A stretch of 45,744 nucleotides of DNA from Coleofasciculus sp. B1-GNL1-01 (GCA_040220235.1 JAVJTO010000091.1); one strand, 5' to 3'. Positions 9,282 through 19,228 are shown, counted from the stretch's first letter. Notes: generated from the letters alone by a model not told the origin. Numbers and translations are program-made.

Positions 9282-11216
9282 CTATCGAATTCCCAGAAGG
9301 GGAACCATTTGAGCCCCTAATTGTAAGATCGCCTGTTGATTTTCATTCTCAAGAGCAATCCGTCCCTGAATGCGTGGCAATAAAAGTTCCCACTCCATTT
9401 TATCTAGGTTTCCCACTAAAGATAGTTCTAGTCCTTCAGTCACATCTAAATCTTCTTGCATAAGCAGGTTCATGGTAACACCCGATAAAAATAGATTTGC
9501 ATCCTGCTCAGAAATGTTGCTGGTGTCTATCAGTAACGCAATCTGACTTTTATGAGGAAGAGTTGCGAGTTCTTGGAGTACCCTTGATACATCCTGAAAT
9601 AATAATTCTTCTGATTGGCTCCAATCGGGAAATATAATTATATTAATATCTCTTAGATTAAACTCATTAATAAGGTCATTTAACTGCCTATTTTGTCCAA
9701 TATCTAGATATTTCCAGCCGACATTAGGCGAATTAGACTGAAACTCACAAGACTGTAGATGTTTTCTGCTAATAACAAAAAAATCACCTGCAAAATTATT
9801 TACTTGACTAGATAAAATCCTTTGGAACTCGCTGTACTGCAAGACTCTTTCCAATCCATCGTAATCATTTGATATGATGATCATATCAGCGTTGGGAATT
9901 TGCGATAGCAAACGCGGTTCGCAGATTGAGGTAACAATGACATTAAATCCATGAATATCTTGAATATCTTTGGCAAAAGATATTCGGTGAGTGTTACCCG
10001 ATTGTTCCAAATAATAACATAAACTTTCCGCATAGATATCCTCATAATTTGTCATGGTAATCTTTACCCGTGGCAAATCGAGAAAATCAGCAGCAGAAGT
10101 AAACTTAATCCTGGCATCTAATAATATCGATATAAATTCCCAATCGCGATGAATATCTTGAATCACCTGATATAAACTAATTCTAGCACGGCTGAATTCT
10201 ATATCCTTACAGTATTGAATGCGCTTAATGGATTGAATTGTAAAACGCTTCTCAATTGAAACCCCTTGGAGTAACTGGTTAAGGCGTTGCTCCATGCGTT
10301 GAGGTGTATAGTCATAGCAATAGCGGGTATAGCTGCGCTCACGATATCTATTCCTAATGCTTTTATTCTTTAAAAAAAACAATAATTTATTGACCATATC
10401 ATCGGGATTACTAAAGCTTTCATAATCAGTACCAGCTTCTAGGATCAGATCCATACCAGACTCATCTGTCAATTGATCTGTCAAAAGAAACCCCTTTGAT
10501 GCAATCACTTCAAAATTCCGAAGATTAATATCACCGTTGAGGCTTATGTTCAAAGAGATATCTGCTGCTGCAAATGCCTTTAATGAATCCTGTTGACTCA
10601 ATTGACCGGATATAAAATTAGGTACATAATTGGCTGCATATTCAATAAGTTTTTTACGTCTAGGATGATATTTCCCGACTTGACCAATAAATACAGCTTT
10701 TCCTTGAAATATATGCTTATTAATTTGATAATCGTCAAACGGTTGGTGTTCAAAACCTGGCGCGGGAGGATTGAGAAATAAGCCAGGTAACCAGAAAAGG
10801 TTTTTGAGTCCAGCTAACCAGTAATACCAAAGATGATGACGCTTATGATCAGTAATATACAGGTCATACTTTTCTGATTTCGCGTACTCAATCATCCGGT
10901 TCAAGGGATCTAGTCCATGCTGGGTGTCTCCCAGTATTAGAACTTTTGGGCATTTCAGTGCCTCTACGTTCAAGGGAACAAGATTAAAGAATGAATCTAC
11001 CTTAGCAATGAAAAGTTCTGGATACCAGTTCGGCGAAACTTGTTTTAGCAACTCTTCAACATCAAAACATGACCCAACGGGTAAATTAACCACTTGAGGG
11101 TGATTATCATTTGAGCTAGTTAGGTAAATCAGGTCATGAGAAAAAATTGGCTGGCGTTGATTGAAGAATGACCAGTGATGGGATAACAGGACTCGGCTTT
11201 TTCTGATACTTTTCAT
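9282..11216 (-). CDS. Glycosyltransferase (CgeB/Glyco_trans_1_2-like) with C-terminal 'IIFPDWSQ' domain
   Basis: ISLNISLNGDINLRNFEVIASKGFLLTD motif; AT-rich. Confidence 0.7.
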   Translation of the reverse strand: MKSIRKSRVLLSHHWSFFNQRQPIFSHDLIYLTSSNDNHPQVVNLPVGSCFDVEELLKQVSPNWYPELFIAKVDSFFNLVPLNVEALKCPKVLILGDTQHGLDPLNRMIEYAKSEKYDLYITDHKRHHLWYYWLAGLKNLFWLPGLFLNPPAPGFEHQPFDDYQINKHIFQGKAVFIGQVGKYHPRRKKLIEYAANYVPNFISGQLSQQDSLKAFAAADISLNISLNGDINLRNFEVIASKGFLLTDQLTDESGMDLILEAGTDYESFSNPDDMVNKLLFFLKNKSIRNRYRERSYTRYCYDYTPQRMEQRLNQLLQGVSIEKRFTIQSIKRIQYCKDIEFSRARISLYQVIQDIHRDWEFISILLDARIKFTSAADFLDLPRVKITMTNYEDIYAESLCYYLEQSGNTHRISFAKDIQDIHGFNVIVTSICEPRLLSQIPNADMIIISNDYDGLERVLQYSEFQRILSSQVNNFAGDFFVISRKHLQSCEFQSNSPNVGWKYLDIGQNRQLNDLINEFNLRDINIIIFPDWSQSEELLFQDVSRVLQELATLPHKSQIALLIDTSNISEQDANLFLSGVTMNLLMQEDLDVTEGLELSLVGNLDKMEWELLLPRIQGRIALENENQQAILQLGAQMVPLLGIR

Positions 11217-11237
11217 ACAACAGTTACCGTTTTTTTG

Positions 11238-14200
11238 TCATGATTCGTCACGAAAATTTTTAAATCGGGTCGCTCTCTGACTGTTGATACTGTCTATTTC
11301 AAAAGAGGGGAAATTTCCTCCGGTGAGTACCTGTGCGATCATCTGCTTATTTTCGTTTTCCAGAATAATTCGACCATGAAGACTGGGTAATAAAGCTTCC
11401 CATTGCATTCGGCGTAGCTTTGGTATCAAAGCAATTTCCGGCTCATTGGTAACGTCCAAATCCTCTTGCCAAAAAAGATTCATCACGATACTCGATAACA
11501 CTAACTCAGCCTCTTCTTCAGAAAGGCTACTGGATTCGACAAGCAAAGTCATGTAAATTTTATCCGGGTGACTCAGAATAGTTTCTATAACTTTTCCCAA
11601 TTCTGAAAAAAGTAATTCCTCTGGTTGAGACCAGTCGGGAAAAATAATTAAATTAACACTTCTAAGTTTTAGAGGTAGGAGGTTAGCTTTAAGCAAGGCA
11701 AAACGCTTAGCTTCTCTCTCTTCAACTTCAGACTTGATAGGGCTAGTAAGCGGATAGTCTATCGGTTTTACATTTCTTAAAATAGTCTCACTATTCCATG
11801 GATCAAAAGGAATCAGTTTTTCGGATTGCAGGTGTGGTCGGAAGAAGAATTTACCCTGCTCATTTAACATACAGGCAACAAACGAAAATGAGCTATTGGA
11901 AATCGCCACAATATCACATTGACTTAATAAGTAAAAATCAGGATAAAACTGGGCTTCCGATAACCCTATACCTAAATCTTGTGATGTTATCGGATTATAC
12001 TCGACGAAATCTCCAATGACTGTTTCGGGTTCATCACTAGCGATGAATAAGACTGGCTCCTCCAGAGTTTCCCACAAACCCTTTAACCAGTCTATATACC
12101 ATTCATTTGGTGCAACAAAAAAATATTCATAGCCATAATCACCCCGTCGCAGATGCAATCCAACAACAGTTTTCCCTCTGGAACGCAAGCGTTCAAGCGC
12201 GGCTGTCATTTTACGTTCTAATTCAGGAACAGGTTTGAACAGTGAGCGAAAGTACTCTTTGTGGGGCGCGTAGTACTTTGTGTTGTACTGAAAGTAACCC
12301 CAGAAATCTACATTGTGAAATCCTTCTTTATAAGCAGGTATACAAGCTTCGGAAAGCTCATTAGTTTCTTCTATAACTAAAGGAAACTGCTTAGAAATGG
12401 GCGGTTCACTATGCCCAAATAAATACTGTCCTATCCAGGTTGGTGTCTCAACACGCAAATTATGTTCTTTGGCATAAATTTTCAAAAATGCATACTGAAA
12501 AATTTGATTAGCAAAACGCCCATTTTTTCCCAATGTTGACATTGTAATGACAGGCATTCTCACATAAAAAGCATCTCCCCAAGATGGATGGTAGGGGCTT
12601 GTTGTTGCTACGCGCTCAAAACCATGGTTTTCTAAAAAATCATCAACTTGGTCGATTAAGGCACAGTCTTGATACAGTTCTTCATAATTCACTTTTGTAT
12701 TAATTGCATCAACATACTTCAGTAAGTTGCTTGTTCCTTGTAAGGCTAAAAGCTCTGCCCCCTGAATATCCATATTGAGGATATTAAATTCGGCGGTATC
12801 AAGTTCCAGTTTTTGTAGCCAAATATCTGGATTAGCTTCAATAAAAAATATATTTTGCACACCCATTTTTTGATAACATTCGATTTCTTTACCCTCATAT
12901 CCTCCGATGTAAATAACGCCTCGTGGTACGACTGAATGCTGAACACAGAGTTCTTGTAAATCAAGCATTGTTGGTGCATGACCCAAGAGCGTTGAAATGA
13001 ATCTTTCATTGACGGCAAGAAAATTACTGTACTCAAAGTTTTCATGTTCTGGTAAATATTGGGGTTGATACTCTAGCCCATTTGATAAAATTTTAAATAT
13101 CGAGTAGCGGTAATTATGTAAAAAATCGACTATCTCTTCTAAAGTTATTCCAGCATCTAAGAAAGTGCCTCCATACTCAAATTGTAGATAATCAATTTTC
13201 CCTCGTTTTAAAAATTGTTTTGCACCCTTAAGAACATCTAGTTCTCCTCCTTCAGTATCAATTTTTAAAAAATTAATCTGCTTGACATTCAAATGCTTGC
13301 AGTACTCATCAATCGTTGTTGTTAAAGTAGTAAAACATTTTGGCTCTTCCAAATTTAATGGTTTTTCTACACTTAATCGTCGATGGAATGTACTCAAAGA
13401 CGAATGATTTTCATAATAGAAAAAAGTTGCAGCTTTTTCCTTGTACGATACGGCAAAATTATTAGGGATAACTTGACCAAACTTGATAGAATCAGCTAAA
13501 TTCTGTAGCAGGATGTGATAAGTCTTAACCACAGGCTCAAACAAATGTATGTGAACATCAGAATACTTATTTAAAACTTCCTTTGTCCAATCTCCCCTAT
13601 TTGCTCCAATATCGAAAACAATACTTCCTGATGAAATAAATTTTTCTATGATTTGAATTTCACCACTATTTTTAATTAAATTTATGCCATTGCTATGAGA
13701 ATCATTTTTTTCGACAAAAGGAAGGCAAAGCTCTTGTATTTGCTGAGATGGATAGCTGAAATTCCGGAAGCTGATAATATTTCCCCAAATTGCCTGTGAA
13801 TTAAAAATTTGGTCAGGATCTAAATTATGTTTCTGTAAATCGAATATAGATTCTGTTGCCTCTTTTGACGCTTCGATTATCAAGCTGAAACTGTATCCAC
13901 AAAGCTTTAATATCTCCAGGCACTCTAATGTGGCATCCAAAAACTTTTGAGACCATCCTTTTTCACCAGTCTCCCTGTTGTCACCTCCTCCGTACTCAAA
14001 CATTACCACACTTGGCAACAAAGACTCTGGTAATTCCAAAAGCTGACGAATAACAGTTAACTCTGCTCCCTCAATATCTAGTTTTAAACAGGTAATTTTT
14101 TGTGTACTTTTTTGTGTATTTATATCCGATAAGAGTTTATTTAAAGTTAAGCATTCTACCTGTACAGTTTTTGTAGAAGCTCCCCACCAATCTTTTTCTA

Positions 14201-14498
14201 AAGAACACAAATTCAGATTATCATTTCCTTGAAAAGTTCCAATATGTAGAGTCTGAACTCCGTTGATATCTGCCAGACAATTTTCAAACAAAGTAATGCC
14301 ATAAAATTGACACATCTGCTGTAATGTATTGCAAGGGAGAGGTTCAACAGCAAATGTTTTGAATCCCAGATCGGCAAACAATTCACAATAAAATGTAAAT
14401 GTTCCTACACCAACATCAATGCAAATTCCTTCTCGTTTTTCATCTATAATAGGCAGAAGGTGAGCTAACAATGCTTGACAACATTCTTCAACATGCAT
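11238..14498 (-). CDS. Fusion of three FkbM-type methyltransferase domains, a GT11 fucosyltransferase-like domain and the 'IIFPDWSQ' domain
   Basis: FkbM motif pairs DVGVG/KLDIEGAE, DIGANRG/KIDTEGGE and YIGGYEG/MDIQGAE. GT11 motifs GRFANQIFQY, GLHLRRGDY and SNSSFSF. Confidence 0.8.
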   Translation of the reverse strand: MHVEECCQALLAHLLPIIDEKREGICIDVGVGTFTFYCELFADLGFKTFAVEPLPCNTLQQMCQFYGITLFENCLADINGVQTLHIGTFQGNDNLNLCSLEKDWWGASTKTVQVECLTLNKLLSDINTQKSTQKITCLKLDIEGAELTVIRQLLELPESLLPSVVMFEYGGGDNRETGEKGWSQKFLDATLECLEILKLCGYSFSLIIEASKEATESIFDLQKHNLDPDQIFNSQAIWGNIISFRNFSYPSQQIQELCLPFVEKNDSHSNGINLIKNSGEIQIIEKFISSGSIVFDIGANRGDWTKEVLNKYSDVHIHLFEPVVKTYHILLQNLADSIKFGQVIPNNFAVSYKEKAATFFYYENHSSLSTFHRRLSVEKPLNLEEPKCFTTLTTTIDEYCKHLNVKQINFLKIDTEGGELDVLKGAKQFLKRGKIDYLQFEYGGTFLDAGITLEEIVDFLHNYRYSIFKILSNGLEYQPQYLPEHENFEYSNFLAVNERFISTLLGHAPTMLDLQELCVQHSVVPRGVIYIGGYEGKEIECYQKMGVQNIFFIEANPDIWLQKLELDTAEFNILNMDIQGAELLALQGTSNLLKYVDAINTKVNYEELYQDCALIDQVDDFLENHGFERVATTSPYHPSWGDAFYVRMPVITMSTLGKNGRFANQIFQYAFLKIYAKEHNLRVETPTWIGQYLFGHSEPPISKQFPLVIEETNELSEACIPAYKEGFHNVDFWGYFQYNTKYYAPHKEYFRSLFKPVPELERKMTAALERLRSRGKTVVGLHLRRGDYGYEYFFVAPNEWYIDWLKGLWETLEEPVLFIASDEPETVIGDFVEYNPITSQDLGIGLSEAQFYPDFYLLSQCDIVAISNSSFSFVACMLNEQGKFFFRPHLQSEKLIPFDPWNSETILRNVKPIDYPLTSPIKSEVEEREAKRFALLKANLLPLKLRSVNLIIFPDWSQPEELLFSELGKVIETILSHPDKIYMTLLVESSSLSEEEAELVLSSIVMNLFWQEDLDVTNEPEIALIPKLRRMQWEALLPSLHGRIILENENKQMIAQVLTGGNFPSFEIDSINSQRATRFKNFRDES

Positions 14499-14555
14499 TT
14501 TCGATGTTTCCTAACTTTTACTCAAAATGTCTGTGATTTTTAGCTGAGACCACCC

Positions 14556-14960
14556 TTAGCGATCGCGCTCTCCACTTTCCTCACTCTTTTCTCCCACCTG
14601 CTGCTGCAACTGCTCCAACTGTACCTTATACCCTGCCTCCTGAGGATGCAACTCAACCAACCTTTTCAAAGGCGCGATCGCACTTTGAGTATCCTGCATC
14701 TGTAACCGTATCTCCACCAAGCCTTCCAACGCCACCCGATTCTCCGGTTCCCGTTCTAAAACCAACTCATACCCCCGTTCCTTCGCCGCTAGCTGTTGAT
14801 CAACCGACGCCTCTTCCGAGGTAGCCGTCGTCTGCGGTTGCTGTAGGGCATTACTATATAGACCAAATAGCCCATAGCCCGTAGAACCCAGAAAGGCTAC
14901 CATTGAGCATAAAACCAGAATTCGTTTGAGGGGATTTTCCTTGGGTTTCTTATCCGACAT
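14556..14960 (-). CDS. Small TPR protein with N-terminal membrane anchor
   Basis: Hydrophobic N-terminus; GYELVLEREPEN..ALEGL and AIAPLKRLVELHP TPR-like helices. Confidence 0.75.
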   Translation of the reverse strand: MSDKKPKENPLKRILVLCSMVAFLGSTGYGLFGLYSNALQQPQTTATSEEASVDQQLAAKERGYELVLEREPENRVALEGLVEIRLQMQDTQSAIAPLKRLVELHPQEAGYKVQLEQLQQQVGEKSEESGERDR

Positions 14961-15150
14961 ACCGACCTACAGGTAAAAGAATCTGCCAATCAATCAAGTC
15001 TCGGCTAATCGCTCAAATCAGCAAGAGCTAGCCAGAACGACCGAATTTAACCAGCTTGAGCATTGAGCAGTGAACCTGAGTTCACAGCTTCGCTCTATCC
15101 TTAACCTACCCACATCTCTAACCAGAGCGATCACCTAACCTTATAATGCC

Positions 15151-15445
15151 TCAATTGAATCGTGCGATCGCCTGTTCTATTTGGGTTAATTCAATCGTGC
15201 GATCGCAGCCTGATTCCCAACAAGCGCCAATCTTGTTCCCTCCCTTTCGAGGGGAGGGTTAGGGAGGGGTCGCGTTAAGGTATGGCTTTGTTGATTAAGT
15301 AAAGGGCGACCCGATCCAATTAAATGGATTGGAGTTGTTCATTGATGCAGGCGGGTCGCCCCTACGGGGATCGCCTGTTCCCTTCCGGTCAATTCAATCG
15401 TGCGATCGCCTGTTCGGTTCCGGTCAATTCCATCATGCGATCGCG
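15151..15445. repeat. Array-2 spacer copy A
   Basis: 35-bp HIP1 units (15164, 15199; 15367 degenerate, 15402, 15437), a CCCTCCC..GGGGAGGGTTAGGGAGGGG block and a GGGCGACCCG...CGGGTCGCCCCTAC hairpin. Confidence 0.9.
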
Positions 15446-15462
15446 CCAAGCTTATCAGCCAG

Positions 15463-15870
15463 TCATACTACCCAGTTTTCCCAAGTCAAGCCGGGAATGC
15501 GGGAAAATTCTCTCACGTTATTGGTAACTAAAGTGATGCCACGATCAAGTGCTTGGGATGCAATCAGTAAATCCATTGCACCAATTACAATACCCATTTT
15601 TTCTAATTCGGCTCGCATTTTACCATAAGTCTGTGTTGCTTTAGCATCAAAAGGTAAAATTTCCAGCATCATTAGAAACTGACTCAACGCCGCCCTGTTT
15701 TGCTCTTGGCGCTGACTTTTGTAAGCTCCATACTCCAGTTCAGCCACTGTAATAGATGATACGCCAATATCAGATGGACTGAGGCTTTGAAACTTGGCGA
15801 GTACGTTGGCGGGTTTTTGTCTGATAATGTAGATGCAAATATTGGTATCCAGCAAAAATCTTATTGCCAT
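15463..15870 (-). CDS. vapC: VapC toxin (PIN)
   Basis: FLLDTNICIYII, SSITVAELEYG and IGAMDLLIASQA...LVTNNVREFSRIPGL. Confidence 0.92.
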   Translation of the reverse strand: MAIRFLLDTNICIYIIRQKPANVLAKFQSLSPSDIGVSSITVAELEYGAYKSQRQEQNRAALSQFLMMLEILPFDAKATQTYGKMRAELEKMGIVIGAMDLLIASQALDRGITLVTNNVREFSRIPGLTWENWVV

Positions 15871-16091
15871 AGTTCTCTAATTTCCAGGGTAGGCTGTTCC
15901 CGATGCTCCATAAAGTCATCCGAAAAAAGGTTTAAACTTTCTCTTAAAGTCTGCCAAGGATTAGCTTTAGGAATTAAAATTAAAACATTGCCAAGTTTTT
16001 TAATGTAAACTTCGTTGTCCTGAAAATGGAACTCTTGGGGTAAGATAACCGTCTGATTATCATCATTAATTACTAATTTTGCTGTCTTCAT
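15861..16091 (-). CDS. vapB: VapB antitoxin (AbrB-type)
   Basis: MKTAKL...QTVILPQEFHF..NEVYIKKLG...FSDDFM..REQP; overlaps vapC. Confidence 0.88.
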   Translation of the reverse strand: MKTAKLVINDDNQTVILPQEFHFQDNEVYIKKLGNVLILIPKANPWQTLRESLNLFSDDFMEHREQPTLEIRELWQ

Positions 16092-16204
16092 CTATGTTTC
16101 GCGGCTGGATACCTCCTCTATGTTTCTTATGGGGAGAGGAAAGCCGCGCCTCCTAATAATGACAACAATAACACAAGCATTTAACTGATCTCGCCGATTT
16201 CCTT

Positions 16205-16467
16205 GCGGTCAATTCAATTGTGCGATCGCCTGTTCTGTTTAGGTCAATGGAATCGTGCGATCGCAGCCTGATTCCCAGCAAGCGTCAATCTTGTTCCCTC
16301 CCCTTCGAGGGGAGGGTTAGGGAGGGGTCAGATCAAGGTATTGCTTTGTTGATTAAGTAAAGGGCGACCCGATCCAATTAAATGGATTGGGGTTGTTCAT
16401 TGATGCAGGCGGGTCGCCCCTACCAAGATCGCCTGTTCGGTTCCAGTCAATTGAATTGTGCGATCGC
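16205..16467. repeat. Array-2 spacer copy B
   Basis: Near-identical to copy A. HIP1 at 16222, 16257 and 16460, plus a further site at 16551. Confidence 0.9.
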
Positions 16468-16618
16468 AGGTTAAGACCATTTCCGTCAATTTTACAGGGC
16501 GCAGGTCAATAGCCCCTACAATGCGATGGGTTGAATCACACTCTCTTAGTGCGATCGCGAAATTTCTCCAACTCCGGTAAGATAGACAGCTACATTCGTA
16601 GACTATCCCCATTCCCCA

Positions 16619-17726
16619 ATGACTCGATTCCCTCACGACCAATTCGCTTGCATACTTTCTCGACCAACTCTTATCCCCCATCGGAACTGTTGAGACGAGT
16701 CGAGACATTGCTGGGGAAGTGCGAGAGGTTGACGTTTACTTCACCCCCACTTGTGTCTCAAGTGACTACCAAACCACCCTGGGACTGTTGGGACGCCTAG
16801 CCACAAAACCTGCCGTATTTGAACCCTTTCGTAACGCCGTTACCCCCAGTCAAATCCGCAGTTGTCTGTCTAAACTGTTTGACCTACATTCAGAATTAGA
16901 ACGAGGCGCCCGACGGGAAAATACCTCCATTAACGATAGTGAACTCCCCCAGTTGTGGATTTTCACTCCCACCGCTTCAAGCCGATTATTAGCCGGATTT
17001 AGAGCCATAAACGATGAACCTAATTGGCTGGAAGGAATCTACTTCATGGGAGAATCATTCAAAACAGCCATCGTCGTCATCCACCAACTCCCCCGTACCG
17101 CAGAAACCCTATGGTTAAGACTTCTCGGAAAAGGTAGAGTCCAACAGCAAGCGATTGAGGAAATCAGCGCATTACCAGAAGACCATCCATTGCGTCAATC
17201 TGCGCTAGATTTATTGTATAACTTGCAAATGAACTTACAAACCCATCAAAACTTAGGTAAACAGGAGAGGGAGTTAATTATGGCATTAGCACCCCTATTT
17301 CGGCAACAACTCGACGCCGCGCTGCAACGAGGCATGGAACAAGGCATACAACAAGGCATACAGCAAGGCAGACAACAAGGACAACGACTGATTATCGAAA
17401 ACCTCCTCCAGACTCGTCTGGGACAATTGACTCCCACCCTGACGGCTTTAATCACTCCGTTATCGGCATTACCCCCTCAGCAATTAACCCCATTTCTCTT
17501 ACATTTATCTCAACTCGAAAACAGCGAATCAGCAATCCAACAAGTACAGCATTTCATTGTCGAAAATTTGCTTCAAATTCGATTTGGAGAGTTAGATGCT
17601 CAACTGACAACACTAGTCTCTGCTTTATTAGCATTACCCCCCCAACAGTTAAGTCAATACCTCTCACAACTACCTCAGCTATCCCGTGAGCAACTCCTAA
17701 CTCGATTTTCTTTAGCCAGTCCTTAA
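16619..17726 (+). pseudogene. Rpn-like PD-(D/E)XK protein, frameshifted near 16649-16652
   Basis: ATG 16619 gives MTRFPHDQFA. After the 4 bases TGCA the family sequence continues in the +1 frame as YFLDQLLSPIGTVETSRDIAGEVREVDVYF..., FEPFRN, TLWLRLLGKG. Confidence 0.75.
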
Positions 17727-17746
17727 ACGTGAAACGTGCCCCTGTC

Positions 17747-17945
17747 GTTCCCTCCCCTTGAAGGGTCCGGTTAGGGAGGGGTCAGATCAAGGTATTGCTA
17801 TTGTTGATTAAGTAAAGGGCGACCCGATCCAATTGAATGGATTGGGGTTGTTCATTGATGCAGGCGGGTCGCCCCTACCAAGATCGCCTGTTTCCTTCCG
17901 GTCAATTGAATCATGCGATCGCCTGTTCTCGTCTGGTCAATTAAA
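17747..17945. repeat. Array-2 spacer copy C
   Basis: GTTAGGGAGGGGTCAGATCAAGGTATTGC...GGGCGACCCG...CGGGTCGCCCCTACCAAGATCGCCTG; HIP1 at 17915. Confidence 0.88.
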
Positions 17946-18015
17946 TGTTACGGGTAGCCTTAACCAATCCTAAGATTTGCTAAACTATGAATTAACCATG
18001 ACTTAGGGATGGACA

Positions 18016-18411
18016 ATGGCTCCGGCTACTGATATTCACCAAAAAGCGATCGCGCTGATTGGACAGCTACCTCAGGACAAACTGATAGCAGTTGTGCAGC
18101 TATTGGAATTTTTAGCGCAGCCGCCTCAGTCGAGTACAGCGAATCCTCAGGAAGCCCGATTGCTTGAGGTGATAGAGAGCCATATCTCTGAAGAGGAACA
18201 AATCCATCTAAACACATTACGCGATCGCTGTGAATGGGGTGAACTGAGCGAAGCGGAATATCAGGAACTTATTGGTTACGAAGACTTGCTAGAGGAGAAG
18301 CGAGTAAAACGATTAGAAGCCCTGATCCAACTCGCGCAGATTAGGAATATTGACCTAATCCGCTTAAACCAACAAATTCAGTTGACATCCCAACCTTCCC
18401 ATGCCGTCTGA
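18016..18411 (+). CDS. Hypothetical helical protein, putative partner/antitoxin of the HNH nuclease
   Basis: GELSEAEYQEL...RLEALIQLAQIR; overlaps the HNH start; TGCTAAACT extended -10 upstream. Confidence 0.65.
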   Translation: MAPATDIHQKAIALIGQLPQDKLIAVVQLLEFLAQPPQSSTANPQEARLLEVIESHISEEEQIHLNTLRDRCEWGELSEAEYQELIGYEDLLEEKRVKRLEALIQLAQIRNIDLIRLNQQIQLTSQPSHAV

Positions 18412-18835
18412 CTATGAACGAATCCCCACAGCACTGAGACAGGAAATCGCTCAACGGGCGAAGCATCGATGCGAATACTGCCGTTGCCCAGATGAATTCT
18501 CTCCTGACAGCTTTACCGTTGATCATATTAAGCCTCGACAACTAGGCGGAGCAACCACTACTGAAAATCTAGCCTGGGCGTGTTTCGGCTGTAATGGTCG
18601 TAAATACACCCGCACTGTTTATCCTGACCCAAAGACGGGACAAGAGATTGCCCTATTCAATCCTCGTCAGCAGAATTGGACAGAGCATTTTGATTGGACT
18701 GAAGATTTAACTCAACTACTCGGTCGAACCCCCTGCGGTCGTGCCACCATCGCAGCACTTGCACTCAACCGTCCGGGAGTCGTAAATCTTCGACGTCTAC
18801 TTATCTTAGCCGGACTGCATCCACCGAATCAGTGA
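18401..18835 (+). CDS. HNH endonuclease
   Basis: RCEYC, VDHIKP, NLAWACFGCN and LFNPRQQNWTEHF. Confidence 0.9.
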   Translation: MPSDYERIPTALRQEIAQRAKHRCEYCRCPDEFSPDSFTVDHIKPRQLGGATTTENLAWACFGCNGRKYTRTVYPDPKTGQEIALFNPRQQNWTEHFDWTEDLTQLLGRTPCGRATIAALALNRPGVVNLRRLLILAGLHPPNQ

Positions 18836-18860
18836 ACAGAAAGAATCCAAAAGCTGACTA

Positions 18861-18980
18861 TTTGAATGGATTGTAATGATTCATTGATGAGGTGCATCTC
18901 GCCCCTACCAAGATCGCCTGTTCCCTTCTGGTCAATTCCATCATGCGATCGCTCTCTTATTCCGATTCCCGTCAATTTGA
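18861..18980. repeat. Array-2 spacer copy D (partial); further remnant at 19231-19254
   Basis: GAATGGATTG..TTCATTGATG..TCGCCCCTACCAAGATCGCCTGTTCCCTTCTGGTCAATTCCATCATGCGATCGC. Confidence 0.75.
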
Positions 18981-19134
18981 TTGGGCGCAAATTAGGGACT
19001 TGCGGTTTAAGAATATACCAATCAAGCTTGGCTGAGTTGATGAATACAGCTTTCCTCACTGGTACTTTATTTTTCTGAAGCCAGTTCTTAAAGGGAGTGA
19101 TCGCCATAACCCAGATCGGGCGATCGCTCCCTTC

Positions 19135-19228
19135 TACAGCACTTTCTAACACGGTGTAGTACAGTAACTCTAGGACAGCTCTGTTCTGTTCTTATTTAGG
19201 TGTATCACATCGAGTTTGAAAACGCTGT
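19135..19228. mobile_element. MITE family B copy (94 bp)
   Basis: TACAGCACTTT ... TTGAAAACGCTGTA ends. Confidence 0.55.

Noticed and set aside
15151..18952. 35-bp repeats as a CRISPR array
   Set aside because: Units abut one another with no unique spacers, occur only 2-3 at a time, and no cas gene is present.
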